A stretch of 64,000 nucleotides of DNA, from contig CBDETY010000003.1 in assembly GCA_965243025.1 (NCBI GenBank), forward strand, positions 608,001-672,000, written 5' to 3'. The stretch comes from Candidatus Latescibacterota bacterium (GTDB lineage Bacteria; Latescibacterota; UBA2968; UBA8231). The position numbers and the translations under genes are program-made. The notes beneath the pieces are model-generated. The model made no database searches and was not told the origin of the DNA. It saw nothing but the letters and a program-made list of their open reading frames with translations. Positions 1 to 9,483 of this stretch are shown in pieces; the stretch's first letter is position 1; every line of letters begins with the position of its first letter.

Positions 1-1624
1 CGCTGTCGCACCCCAGGACCATAACCTCGCACTGGTGCAGGGTAGGCCACGGGTCCGGGGTCTGCAGGCCCTCGAGCCCGACCAGGACGAGGTTCTCCCC
101 CCTGCGGACCGGAGGGTCCTCCACCACGAGCCAGGCGCCGTACTGGTTCTCCAGCCTGCCGGCGCCGGCGAGCGGGACGTCGCGGCCGTTGACCCGGCAG
201 AAGATCCGCTCCATGCAGGCTTCGCCATCGGTCAGGCGCAGGCGCAGCTCGGTGCCGAGTATGCGGCCGTCGGCGAGGCCGGCCTCGATGTCGTCCTCGA
301 TACACAGGCTCATCTCGTACCCGGGACCGCCGGTGGCGCGCGCCGGCATGCTCAGGTCGCGGGGCACCTGCGGGTGGTGGTCGCCGGGGGAGTGGTGGAC
401 GGCCCCGCCGAGGGCTGAATCCGACACCGAGTAGCTGCGGTCCCGGCGCGCCAGCCGTTGCGGATCGGCGAGGTCGGTCAGCAGGGCGAGGTGGTCGTCG
501 TTGTACTCCTCTCCCTCGAACGGGGAGGCGCGGTGGTGCCGGTAGTCGTAGTTGAAGACGTAGACCCCAGAGGCCCCCTGCTCGTACCCGTTCAGCGCCG
601 CCCCCCGCAGGACCGCGGGCACGCCGCGGTCGTACCCCTCGTGCGGCGAGGTCAGGTGGGTGGCGCCGTCGAAGCCGACGTAGACCGGCACCCCGCTCTC
701 CGCGGCGCACGCGACCGCCTCGGCGATGTCGAACCGGGCCGGACAGTAGGACGAGGAGGAGAGCACGAAGAGGTCGGCCACCGGCTCGCGGATCCAGGCC
801 GGAGCGTCGATGCCGATGGCGCGGGCCTCGGCCAGGCAGGGAGGGACGCGGGCGATCAGGGAGACCGGCTTCGGCTTGCTTTCGCCGTGGCCGCGCACGA
901 TGGAGTGGGCCTCGCGCATGAACTCCGTGAGGGTGTCGAGGTTGTCGAGCAGGCGCCCGGGCCGGAAGTAGGGGGGGCCTCGCATCCAGTCGAGCTCGAC
1001 GCCGTCGAAGTCGTAGCGCTCCAGGGTCTCGTCGACGAGCCCGAGGAAGCGATCGCGCACCTCCTCCTGCTCGTAGTCCCACTGCCAGCAGAAGTTCCAG
1101 CGGTCGGCGCCCCCGGCCCGCGTCGGCGTTGGGGAGCCGATCAGCAGGTCGGGCCGCGACCTCTTGTGGCGGCTGCGCACCTGCCACTCGCGCGCCTCGT
1201 CCGAGGTGTGGGCGTCGTTCATCCGGATCGAGGCTATCGCCGCGATGCCGCGGCGGCGGCAGCCGTCGATGTAGATCTGCATCAGCTCGCGGCCGTCGGC
1301 GACGACGGCGTCCATGCAGTTGTAAAGCTGTTCGAGGCGGCTCAGCTCGAAGCCGCCGGCGGTCATCTTGCGCACCGGGTTGCCCTCGGCGTCGACGTCG
1401 GGGTCGGGGTCCCAGACCTCGGTGTCGTCTCCCCACATGGCCGAGTGCGGGCTGCCGCGCCAGACGACGTCGTCGTCGATGCCGATGAGCCCGGCGAGGG
1501 CGTCGACCCCGGCAGGGACCAGGGCCTCGAGCTGACGGGTGACGCCGCCGGGGTTGCGGTCCGGCAGGTAGTGGAGCATCCAGTTGCCGTCGGTGTTGAA
1601 GATCAGGCGCGGGAGTCTGGTCAT
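1..1624 (-). CDS. Glycosyl-hydrolase-like (GHL10/family-10-like) TIM-barrel protein; 3' end runs off the window
   Basis: Absent from the ORF track because it has no stop in the window. Manual translation from ATG at 1624 stays open to the edge: MTRLPRLIFNTDG...SIRMNDAH...WDYEQEEVRDRFL...ERYDFDGVELDWMR...GASGVYVFNY. Confidence 0.75.
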   Translation of the reverse strand, partial: MTRLPRLIFNTDGNWMLHYLPDRNPGGVTRQLEALVPAGVDALAGLIGIDDDVVWRGSPHSAMWGDDTEVWDPDPDVDAEGNPVRKMTAGGFELSRLEQLYNCMDAVVADGRELMQIYIDGCRRRGIAAIASIRMNDAHTSDEAREWQVRSRHKRSRPDLLIGSPTPTRAGGADRWNFCWQWDYEQEEVRDRFLGLVDETLERYDFDGVELDWMRGPPYFRPGRLLDNLDTLTEFMREAHSIVRGHGESKPKPVSLIARVPPCLAEARAIGIDAPAWIREPVADLFVLSSSSYCPARFDIAEAVACAAESGVPVYVGFDGATHLTSPHEGYDRGVPAVLRGAALNGYEQGASGVYVFNYDYRHHRASPFEGEEYNDDHLALLTDLADPQRLARRDRSYSVSDSALGGAVHHSPGDHHPQVPRDLSMPARATGGPGYEMSLCIEDDIEAGLADGRILGTELRLRLTDGEACMERIFCRVNGRDVPLAGAGRLENQYGAWLVVEDPPVRRGENLVLVGLEGLQTPDPWPTLHQCEVMVLGCDS

Positions 1625-1817
1625 CGCGGTCTCCGTTGCTTCGATTATGGGGGCGGGCGGAACCCGAGCCGGCATCTGTCCGGATCGGGTTCTGTTTTTT
1701 CGCGGGCCCTGGCGCCTTGACGGATGCCTTGCCCGTCCCGGTCGGCGGGAGCGGTTCCCGGAGCGCAGGGGCCGCCAAAATAGCTTACCCCACAGTCGCG
1801 TGAAACGGAGAGCGAAC

Positions 1818-3017
1818 ATGTACCGAACCGAACTCGTCCTGAACCGGAACTACCGCCCGGGAGCCCCCTACGGCCCGGAACAGCAGGCCCTCCTCAACTC
1901 GGGGACGATTGCCGCGGTCAGGGAAGAAGTCAGCTCCTGGCCGGGGTACGAGCCGACGCCCCTGGTCCGGCTCGACGGCCGCGCCGCGGCCTCGGGGATC
2001 GCCCGAATGTGGTGCAAGCACGAAGGGCCGCGTTTCGACATCGGCAGCTTCAAGCCGACCGGACCGACCTACGCCATGCTGACCGTGCTGCGCGGGGAGA
2101 TCGAGAAGGCCGCCGGGGTCGAACACGTGCCGACGCGGGAGCTGCTCGACGGCAGGTTCACCGAGGCGGCCGCCGGGGTCACGGTTTGCGCCGCCACCTC
2201 GGGCAACCACGGCCGCGCCCTGGCCTGGGGGGCGCGTATGTTCGGCTGCCGCTGCATCATCTACATGAACGACAAGGTGAGCCGGGGAAGGGAAGAGGTG
2301 ATCGCCTCCTTCGGAGCCGAGGTGGTGCGCGTCCCCGGCTCTTTCGACCGGGCGGTGCAGCGCTCGTTCGAGGACGCCGAGGAGAACGGCTACTTCGTCA
2401 TCTGCGACCGGCAGCGGCGCTACCCCGAGGTGCCGCTGCGGATCATCCAGGGGTACGCCCTGGTCGGGGAGGAGATCGCCTCGCAGCTGCCCCAGGCCCC
2501 GACGCATCTCTTCGTGCCGGGGGGCAGCGGCAAGCTCGCATCAGCCGTGTGCGCGCGCCTGTGGGAGCGCTACGGAGCGGCGCACCCGCGGGTGGTCACC
2601 GTCGAGCCGGAAGACTCGGCCTGCCTGCGCCAGAGCGCTCTCGCCGGCAGGGCCGTGGAAGTGGGGGGCGACGCCAGCACGGTCATGGACGGACTCGTCG
2701 TCGGCAAGGCCTGCGCCAACGCCTGGACGATCCTGGGGTCAGGGGCCTTCGCCTTCATGACGGTGGAGGACCGGGCCGCGACCGACGCCATGCGCCAGGC
2801 TGCCGAAGGGGCGGACGGGGACCCCGGGGTCGTGCTCGGGGACACCGGGAGCGCCGGCTGGGCGGGGTTCCTGGCCGCCTCGAGCGATCCCCGCCTGCGC
2901 GAGCAGCTGGGGCTGGACTCGGACAGCCGCGTGGTAATCGTGGCGACCGAAGGGGCTACCGACCCGGAGGTGTACCAGGGGATCGTCGGCAGGAGCCCGG
3001 AAGAGGTGGGGAGATAA
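1818..3017 (+). CDS. Diaminopropionate ammonia-lyase-like PLP-dependent enzyme (fold type II)
   Basis: YEPTPL, GSFK (PLP Lys), ATSGNHGRALAWGA, IIQGY, TEGATDP motifs; GGAG RBS before ATG 1818. Confidence 0.8.
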   Translation: MYRTELVLNRNYRPGAPYGPEQQALLNSGTIAAVREEVSSWPGYEPTPLVRLDGRAAASGIARMWCKHEGPRFDIGSFKPTGPTYAMLTVLRGEIEKAAGVEHVPTRELLDGRFTEAAAGVTVCAATSGNHGRALAWGARMFGCRCIIYMNDKVSRGREEVIASFGAEVVRVPGSFDRAVQRSFEDAEENGYFVICDRQRRYPEVPLRIIQGYALVGEEIASQLPQAPTHLFVPGGSGKLASAVCARLWERYGAAHPRVVTVEPEDSACLRQSALAGRAVEVGGDASTVMDGLVVGKACANAWTILGSGAFAFMTVEDRAATDAMRQAAEGADGDPGVVLGDTGSAGWAGFLAASSDPRLREQLGLDSDSRVVIVATEGATDPEVYQGIVGRSPEEVGR

Positions 3018-3026
3018 CCAGGGAAG

Positions 3027-3147
3027 TCACCTTTCCTCCAGCGCGTTCAGGGCCAGGCCCACGTCGAACACGAAACGCTTACCCTGCGCCTCCATTTCGA
3101 TAAAGGTCCCCCGGATTCCCTCGGTCCCTGTGAATGCAAACCCTCAG
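3027..3147 (-). pseudogene. N-terminal remnant of an MBL-fold (RNase J-like) metallo-hydrolase
   Basis: Manual translation LRVCIHR/(frameshift)GTEGIRGTFIEMEAQGKRFVFDVGLAL then a stop; resembles the 'IHRG..EIGG.CIE....G.R...D.G' MBL start. Confidence 0.5.
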
Positions 3148-3230
3148 ATTTGGTTCGGGAGAAAATGTGAGGGCACTCAGCGTCTTGACCGGGAGTCCAA
3201 AAAAGGTGCCTCCTTTTTCCTTTACTTTAG

Positions 3231-3368
3231 AAGGACGGCTTCGTGACCCTGCCCGACACCCCCGGCCCCGGGATCGAGCTGAACGAGGTGGTTGCCCGGG
3301 CCCACCCCTGCGTTCCGCCGCTCCGCCCGGAGCTGAGGTTCGAGGACGGGTCGGTGGAGGACAACTGA
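3231..3368 (+). pseudogene. C-terminal remnant of an enolase-superfamily (galactonate dehydratase-like) gene
   Basis: KDGFVTLPDTPGPGIELNE...RFEDGSVEDN* with no upstream coding part. Confidence 0.6.
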
Positions 3369-3494
3369 ATGGCACGTGTCGCCTCGGTCTCCATGCACAG
3401 CGCCATGGGCGACCCCGCGACCAACCTCGGCCGGATTGCCAGGTGGTCGAGAAAGGCTCACGAGCAAGGGGCCGCGTTTGCGCTCTTTCCCGAA
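3369..3494 (+). pseudogene. N-terminal remnant of a carbon-nitrogen hydrolase (nitrilase family)
   Basis: MARVASVSMHSAMGDPATNLGRIARWSRKAHEQGAAFALFPE; similarity ends right after the catalytic-Glu FPE motif. Confidence 0.65.
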
Positions 3495-3495
3495 C

Positions 3496-3808
3496 GCGGG
3501 TCCGGCTCGACTTCGACTGCCGCACCGGCAAGAGCCTGCTGGCCACCGCCACCGACTTCGCCCTCACCGGCAAGCTCGGCGGCTCCAAAGCCAGCTTCAC
3601 CATCGGTGAGCTGCTGAAGGGGGGCCGTGGCTGGCCCGTCGACGGGCTGCCCACCTGGATCGTCGCCCACCGGGCCCTGCCCCCGGCGCTCTACGCCCTC
3701 GCGGGCCACTTCATCGACCCGGGCGGGAGCCCGTCCTGCTGCTACCTGCGCGTAACCCAGGACAACGGCCAGATGGCCTGGAGCAGCCCCATCTGGTTCG
3801 AGGACTGA
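3496..3808 (+). pseudogene. C-terminal remnant of a PHP/CehA-McbA-type metallohydrolase
   Basis: Ends CYLRVTQDNGQMAWSSPIWFED*, the typical YxRVxQxDGxxAWSSPIW terminus; no N-terminal domain. Confidence 0.6.
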
Positions 3809-3887
3809 CGGGACGCATCCATCAGCCGGGTTCCCCGCTTTCACGGCTGTTTTCAAGCTCAAATACTGACTAAGGAGGCACATCTGA

Positions 3888-4925
3888 ATGCCTGAATCGA
3901 AGATCCGGATTGGTATCGTTGGTGCAGGTGGCGTCGGGGGACTTGGAGGAAGAGATAACTCACATGCCGGTGGGTATCGGCGATGTGGGGAAGTTGAGCT
4001 GGCGGCTGTCGCTGATATTAACAGCGAACGCCTGCAACAGTTCGGCGACGAATGGGAGATCGCGCCCGAGCATCGCTACAGCACCGCACAAGAGATGTAC
4101 GACAAGGCGAATCTGGACATCGTGAGCGTGACCACCCATAACTTCCATCATCACGAGCCAGTCATTGAGGCGGCGGCAGCGGGGATTAAGGTGATTATGG
4201 TGGAAAAACCGCTCGCAATCAGCGTCGAATGGGGACGGAAAATGGTCGAAGCGTGCGAAGCCAACGGGTGTCGGTTGGCTGTGGATCACACACGGCGTTT
4301 CCTGCCCCATTACCGCAGGCTGAAAAAGATGGTCGATGACGGAGCGGTGGGAGAGGTGCGAACCATCACTTACTCCGGTGCCCGTCCCTTGCTGCATAAC
4401 GGCACACACACGGTGGACTACGCGTTCTACTTCACATCCGCGCAACCCAAGCTGGTATCGGGTTTCCTCAGCGATGAACCTGTTGCAGATCCGGGTGGTG
4501 GAGGGATGGTAGTCTGCGAGGGCGGTGTGGTTGTCTTTATCAACTGCATCCCGACGCGCAAGGAATCTCTCAGTGATGTCATCATCGGAGGGACGGCGGG
4601 ACAGATCCATTTTTGTGAGCGGCGGGGGATCTGGGAGTATGGCCCTCTCGTTGATGCGAGCGAAGGGTATGGGTCACGCTACGACTTTGCGCCGCTGCCC
4701 GATATGCCCGAAACCCTTGTCCTTGATGACTATTTCTACAATGCAGCGCGAGAGGCAGTCGATTGTTTGTTGGAGGATCGGGAGAGCGTATCAACCGGGC
4801 GTGACGGACTGAAGGCGCTGGAAGTTATCACCGCCATGCACATCTCGCATAAAACCGGGACGCAGGTTCCCTTGCCATTAGGCGAAGGGCTTGACAACGT
4901 TGAAATCCGATCGACGGGACAGTAA
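3888..4925 (+). CDS. Gfo/Idh/MocA family oxidoreductase
   Basis: IGIVGAGG, VEKPLA, HNGTHTVD motifs; AAGGAGG RBS. Confidence 0.9.
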   Translation: MPESKIRIGIVGAGGVGGLGGRDNSHAGGYRRCGEVELAAVADINSERLQQFGDEWEIAPEHRYSTAQEMYDKANLDIVSVTTHNFHHHEPVIEAAAAGIKVIMVEKPLAISVEWGRKMVEACEANGCRLAVDHTRRFLPHYRRLKKMVDDGAVGEVRTITYSGARPLLHNGTHTVDYAFYFTSAQPKLVSGFLSDEPVADPGGGGMVVCEGGVVVFINCIPTRKESLSDVIIGGTAGQIHFCERRGIWEYGPLVDASEGYGSRYDFAPLPDMPETLVLDDYFYNAAREAVDCLLEDRESVSTGRDGLKALEVITAMHISHKTGTQVPLPLGEGLDNVEIRSTGQ

Positions 4926-4961
4926 GGCTCTCCGAAGCCCCGTACTCCAATTCGCAGAAGT

Positions 4962-6095
4962 TCAAGATGTGCCGAAATGATCGGAGCCGGGCATGAGATG
5001 TTCGTTCGCTGTTTCTGCATTTATTTCAACGCCCAATCCCGGCTGCTCCGGCACCACGAACGCATTTTCTTGAATGAGAGGTTCGTTCGAAATTGCCAGA
5101 TCCCACCGCCATTCAACCTGATCGGCATGATACGGGAGTTCCATGACGATGAAATTCCGCACCGCGGCACAGACGTGTGCCGTTGCCGTCATGCCAATCG
5201 GTGATGTGATGTTGTGTGCGGCAAACGGCAGAAAATACAGATCCGCCAGATCCGCAATCTTCTTTGCTTCAAGCATTCCTCCCGTTCCAGATACATCGAC
5301 ATGGAGCATATCGCAGGCTTGTGTCTGGATCAGTTCTCTGAAACCATCTCTACGAAACAGGAACTCACCGGTACAAATCGGAATAGAAGTCGCAGCGCTG
5401 ACCTTCGCCATCGCGTCGACATTGTCGTTCGGCACCGGATCCTCCAAAAACATCAAACCGAACGGTTCTAAAAGTTCCGAGAGCTTCATCGCTGAATTAA
5501 CGCTGAATAAACCATGGCAATCGATGCTGATATCGATCTCGTCACCGGCAGCTTCTCGTGCAGCAGCAACCAACGATGTCATTTTCTGCAACTCTGCCGT
5601 GCTTAATTCCCGGTTGACTGCATCATGCTTGAGCTCGTTCGCGGAGTTGTCAACATCGAACTTGATCGCCTGGTAGCCGTCTTCAACGCCTTCCCTTGCT
5701 CGCTGTGCCCAACCCTCCGGGGTATTTCCTTTTCCATGCCCTACATCGGCATAGAGCCGGATGCGGTCTCGATACTTCCCTCCCAATAACTGGTAGACCG
5801 GCACCCCGAGGCTTTTTCCGAGCAGATCCCACAACGCGGTTTCTATCCCGCCAATCGCCGATAAACCTATTCCGTATCGATTACTCGCTGCCTCAACCAT
5901 GCGGTTGTAGAGCGGTTCTACATTTCTCGGATCCTCGCCGACGAGTATCCGCTTGAATTGCAGGACAATTTCCGCGATCCCCGCGCCTGGGTGGGCCTCA
6001 CCTATCCCCGTCAATCCCTCGTCGGTTTCAATCTGAACGTAGTTCCACTGTTTGTAACCTTTCAAGGTCATCGCTTTCACATCGGCGATTTTCAT
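4962..6095 (-). CDS. Mandelate racemase/muconate lactonizing enzyme family (acid-sugar dehydratase-like)
   Basis: ETDEGLTGIGE, ALWDLLGKSLGVPVYQLLGG, KFD, IDCHG, FLEDP, TGE, PGLGVE; start trimmed to MKIAD at 6095. Confidence 0.9.
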   Translation of the reverse strand: MKIADVKAMTLKGYKQWNYVQIETDEGLTGIGEAHPGAGIAEIVLQFKRILVGEDPRNVEPLYNRMVEAASNRYGIGLSAIGGIETALWDLLGKSLGVPVYQLLGGKYRDRIRLYADVGHGKGNTPEGWAQRAREGVEDGYQAIKFDVDNSANELKHDAVNRELSTAELQKMTSLVAAAREAAGDEIDISIDCHGLFSVNSAMKLSELLEPFGLMFLEDPVPNDNVDAMAKVSAATSIPICTGEFLFRRDGFRELIQTQACDMLHVDVSGTGGMLEAKKIADLADLYFLPFAAHNITSPIGMTATAHVCAAVRNFIVMELPYHADQVEWRWDLAISNEPLIQENAFVVPEQPGLGVEINAETANEHLMPGSDHFGTS

Positions 6096-6250
6096 GTCTG
6101 TTTCCTTTCGCAGATGAAATCGGTTGAAAATCAATCGGTGTTGCGCCCCGCCCGAGGTCCGGACCGGCGAGGGGCAAAGAAGCTGCGCCCCCGGACCGTC
6201 CACAACCCGGCCCTTGCCGCCGGCTGAGCCCGTGGGTTTCCTTTGCCGCC

Positions 6251-6991
6251 ATGAGCCCTCTCGACTCCGCACAGATCGACCGCTTCAAGCGTCGGGGATT
6301 CCTCGTCCTCGAGGGGCTGGTCGAGCCCGAGACGCTCTCCGCCTGGCGCGGCCAGTTCTGGTCCCACGTCGGTGCCGACCGCGAGGATCCGGCCACCTGG
6401 CCCGACGACTACGTCATCCAGGACTTCGGCGTCGAGCCGCCCCTCGGACAGCTGCCTCGCATGCAGGCGATCGTCGAGCAGATCGGCGGCGGCATGTTCG
6501 GAGGCGGAGGCGGATCGATGCTGGTGAAGTGGCCGGGCCCCGAAGACGCGGCCTGGCAGATCCCGGACTCCGGACACATCGACGGCTACGGTCCCGCCGG
6601 CTGGAGCGGCGGCTTCATGCTCGGGGCCACCGCCTACATTGACGACGTCGAGCCCCGGGGCGGCGGCTTCGTCTACTGGCCCCGCAGCCACGGGCAGGTG
6701 CAGGCCTACTTCCGGGAACATCCGGAGCAGATCGACGGCACCTTCCAGGACCGGGACGACTGGGGGGAGAGGCAGTGGGGGTTGTTCTCCGACGAGTCAC
6801 CCGAACCGCCCGTCGAGTTCACCGGGCGGGCGGGCGACGTCATCCTCTGGCACTGCTTCCTCTGTCACACCGGATCGGCGAACGTGCGCACCCGCCCGAG
6901 GCTGGGCGTCTTCGCGCGCTGGCACCGCACCGACCGGGAGGAGATGAAGTACGACGTGCCGGAGGACTTGTGGAAGTACTGGGCGATCTGA
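6251..6991 (+). CDS. Phytanoyl-CoA dioxygenase (PhyH) family Fe(II)/2-oxoglutarate enzyme
   Basis: QIDRFKRRGFLVL, GHIDG (HxD), WPRSH, AGDVILWHCFLCHTGSAN. Confidence 0.85.
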   Translation: MSPLDSAQIDRFKRRGFLVLEGLVEPETLSAWRGQFWSHVGADREDPATWPDDYVIQDFGVEPPLGQLPRMQAIVEQIGGGMFGGGGGSMLVKWPGPEDAAWQIPDSGHIDGYGPAGWSGGFMLGATAYIDDVEPRGGGFVYWPRSHGQVQAYFREHPEQIDGTFQDRDDWGERQWGLFSDESPEPPVEFTGRAGDVILWHCFLCHTGSANVRTRPRLGVFARWHRTDREEMKYDVPEDLWKYWAI

Positions 6992-7004
6992 GCCGGCCGC
7001 CGGT

Positions 7005-7169
7005 TCAGGCCGCCAGGGCGCCCTCCCCGAAGATGACGGGGAAGGTGGCGCCGCTGCTTTACACGGTGGCCGCCTCCATGTAGCAGACGCTGAAGGCGCG
7101 CATCGACTGGGGAGTGCGGTTCACGCCGAGGAGCGGTCCATTATCGGTGCGGAGCAGGAAATCGATCAC
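7005..7169 (-). pseudogene. Chimeric remnant: putative VapC start (VIDFLL) joined to the C-terminus of a PhyH-family gene with an internal TAA
   Basis: GTG overlaps the vapB stop; reads VIDFLLRTDNGPLLGVNRTPQSMRAFSVCYMEAATV*SSGATFPVIFGEGALAA*. Confidence 0.45.
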
Positions 7170-7393
7170 AGAGTCGCCCTCTGCTGCTGATCGGGCTGAT
7201 TCCTCTCGTCCATGAGATCCCCGGAAAACCGGTCCAGACTGTCCACGAGGGAGGACCAGAGAGATTCCTTGGGCAAGAGCATGACAATGCCCTGGTATTT
7301 CTTGATATAGACATCGTCTCCGCTGAAACGAAACTCCTTCGGGAGCCTCACGGCCTGGCTGCCGCCGTTGTTGAACAGCTTAGCTGTCTGCAT
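7166..7393 (-). CDS. vapB: VapB/VagC-type antitoxin (AbrB/SpoVT fold), orphan
   Basis: MQTAKLFNNGGSQAVRLPKEFRFSGDDVYIKK; AAGGAGG RBS upstream of ATG 7393. Confidence 0.9.
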   Translation of the reverse strand: MQTAKLFNNGGSQAVRLPKEFRFSGDDVYIKKYQGIVMLLPKESLWSSLVDSLDRFSGDLMDERNQPDQQQRATL

Positions 7394-7441
7394 GGATGTA
7401 CCTCCTTCCGAGACCCGCTTCACTCCGTAAAATCCCCTCAA

Positions 7442-8374
7442 CTAATACGCCGGCGCCTCTGACAGAATCCGGTCGATGCGGGAGAGCTCGCCTTCGTCGA
7501 ACCCGACGCCGACGGCGCCGAGGTGGTCGCGCACCTGGTCCGGGTGCTTGGCCCCGACGAGGGCGCAGGTCACCGCGGGAAGGCGCAACAGCCAGGCGAC
7601 CGCCATCTGGACCATGGTGATCCCCTTTTCATCGGCGATCCCCCGGAGTTTCTCCGCGACGTCGAGGTAATCCGCAAACCTCGAGCCCGAGAAGCGCGGT
7701 CCCACGAACGGACCGGTGCGGGTCTCGCCGGAGCGCTCGTCGTCTTCCGGAAACTGGTGGCCCGGGCGGTAGCGCCCGCTCAGCAGCCCCTTGGCCAGGG
7801 CGCTGTGCGCGAGAATGCCGATACCCTCCCGTTCGCAGTAGGGGATGTCCTCCTCTTCTATGGCGCGGTTGAGCAGGTTGTAGCAGGGCTGGTTGGAGTG
7901 AAAGGGGGCGGTCCCGGCGGCGATCCGCATCTGTTCCGCGTCGAAGTTGGAAACGCCGAGGAAGCGCGTCTTCCCCTGCTCCTGGAGGCGCAGCATGGTC
8001 TCCATGCTGGTATCGATGGGATACTCGGGGTTCCAGCTGTGGATCTGGTAGAGGTCGACACAGTCTACCTGGAGCTGCCGCAGGCTGTTCTCCATCGCCG
8101 CGACTATATCCTCGCGCGAGTATTTCAGGCTGACCTTGGTGGCGAGGAAGCAGCGCTGGCGGTAGCCGTCCTGAAGGGCCTTGCCGATTACCTCTTCGCT
8201 GTGGTAGTAGGACTGCGCCGTGTCGATGAGGGTGATGCCGGAATCGATGGCGGCGCGGACCGTGGCGATTGCCGTAGCCTCGTCGACAGCCCCCATGGCC
8301 CCGCCGAGCGGCCACGTGCCGAGCCCGAGGACGGAGACGCGGTCCCCGTCTCTTCCGAGTTGCCTGCGTTCCAT
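7442..8374 (-). CDS. Aldo/keto reductase
   Basis: VSVLGLGTW, IDTAQSY, LATKV, DLYQIH, GVSNF, LAKGLLSG; real start MERRQLG at 8374. Confidence 0.92.
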   Translation of the reverse strand: MERRQLGRDGDRVSVLGLGTWPLGGAMGAVDEATAIATVRAAIDSGITLIDTAQSYYHSEEVIGKALQDGYRQRCFLATKVSLKYSREDIVAAMENSLRQLQVDCVDLYQIHSWNPEYPIDTSMETMLRLQEQGKTRFLGVSNFDAEQMRIAAGTAPFHSNQPCYNLLNRAIEEEDIPYCEREGIGILAHSALAKGLLSGRYRPGHQFPEDDERSGETRTGPFVGPRFSGSRFADYLDVAEKLRGIADEKGITMVQMAVAWLLRLPAVTCALVGAKHPDQVRDHLGAVGVGFDEGELSRIDRILSEAPAY

Positions 8375-8376
8375 TG

Positions 8377-9483
8377 TCAGGCCGGCACTGCCACCGCGGC
8401 GTTGAGCGCCGGCATCAGCTCGTTGGCGAACAGGTCGAGGTTGCGCAGCCAGGCCTCCTTGTCGTCCCAGTCGAACCCCATGATGACGAGGGTGCCGAAC
8501 GGTCCGGTTTCCTCCATAAGCTCCAGCAGCCGGCGCAGCACCTCGTCGACGTCCCCGGCGATGATCTGCTCCGACATCCAGAAATCGATGTTGCAGTCGG
8601 CGTCCGGCATTTCGAGGTCGCGCTTGAGGACGCCGCGGCCGAGGCCCTTGTCGAGGAGGCTGGCGATGTACTCGTAGTTGCGGCCGACCGAGTTGGTGCG
8701 CGCCAGCCTTACCGCCTCCTCGGTGGTGTCGGCGAGGAAGATGGCGCGCGAGACCTTCCAGCGGGAGCGGTCGGCTTCGCGGCCCGCTTCGGCCGCCGCC
8801 GCGGCGTAGGTCTCCCAGTTGTCGGCGAGCACGTTGCCTGCGGCTAGGGCCGCGGAGAAGGGGGCGTAACCGCGCTGCCCGGCGACCTTGAGACTGTGCG
8901 AGTTGCGGCTGAGCCCCGGCATGGCGATCGGCGGGTGCGGCTGCTGCAGGGGCTTGTGGATGAAGCCGATCGCCGTCTCCTCGTCGACGAACTTCTCGAG
9001 CGAGAACTGCCAGAACTCCCCGTTGTGCTCGTACGGCGGGTCCGAAGCCCAGAGATCGAGGATCACGTCGAGCGCCTCGATGGTCATGGCGCCTCCCTGC
9101 TTCGGGTCGAGTCCGTAGAGTTCCTGGTCGGCGGTGACGCTCCCCGGGCCGAAGCAGAGGTTGAGGCGGCCGTGCGCCAGGTGGTCGAGGAAGGCGATCC
9201 GGGTCGCCACGTACGCCGGGTGGTGCTGGTTTAGGCAGACCGGGGCGGGCCCGAGGCGGATGCGCCCGGTCTCGCCGAGCACGCGGCCGATGAAGACCTC
9301 GGGAACGACGATGGACTCGTACTTCATGGTGTGGTGCTCGCCGATCCAGAACTCGCTGAAACCGAGCTCCTCGGCGCGGACGACGAGCTCGATGTCCTCG
9401 TCGAAACACTGGGACAGAGGTTTGCTGGGCGGGTGGAAGGGCATGATGAACATGCCGTAGTCGATCGTTCCGTTTGCGCTCAT
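8377..9483 (-). CDS. Luciferase-like (LLM class) flavin-dependent monooxygenase
   Basis: AEELGFSEFWIGEHH, IRLG, LDHLAHGRL, KPLQQPHPPI. Confidence 0.9.
   Translation of the reverse strand: MSANGTIDYGMFIMPFHPPSKPLSQCFDEDIELVVRAEELGFSEFWIGEHHTMKYESIVVPEVFIGRVLGETGRIRLGPAPVCLNQHHPAYVATRIAFLDHLAHGRLNLCFGPGSVTADQELYGLDPKQGGAMTIEALDVILDLWASDPPYEHNGEFWQFSLEKFVDEETAIGFIHKPLQQPHPPIAMPGLSRNSHSLKVAGQRGYAPFSAALAAGNVLADNWETYAAAAAEAGREADRSRWKVSRAIFLADTTEEAVRLARTNSVGRNYEYIASLLDKGLGRGVLKRDLEMPDADCNIDFWMSEQIIAGDVDEVLRRLLELMEETGPFGTLVIMGFDWDDKEAWLRNLDLFANELMPALNAAVAVPA

Noticed and set aside
458-1720. 420-aa plus-strand ORF
   Set aside because: Antisense shadow of the real minus-strand GHL10-like gene; no motifs.
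8375-9409. 345-aa N-terminal extension on the aldo/keto reductase ORF
   Set aside because: Off-frame overlap with the LLM gene; Arg/Pro-rich, non-protein-like.
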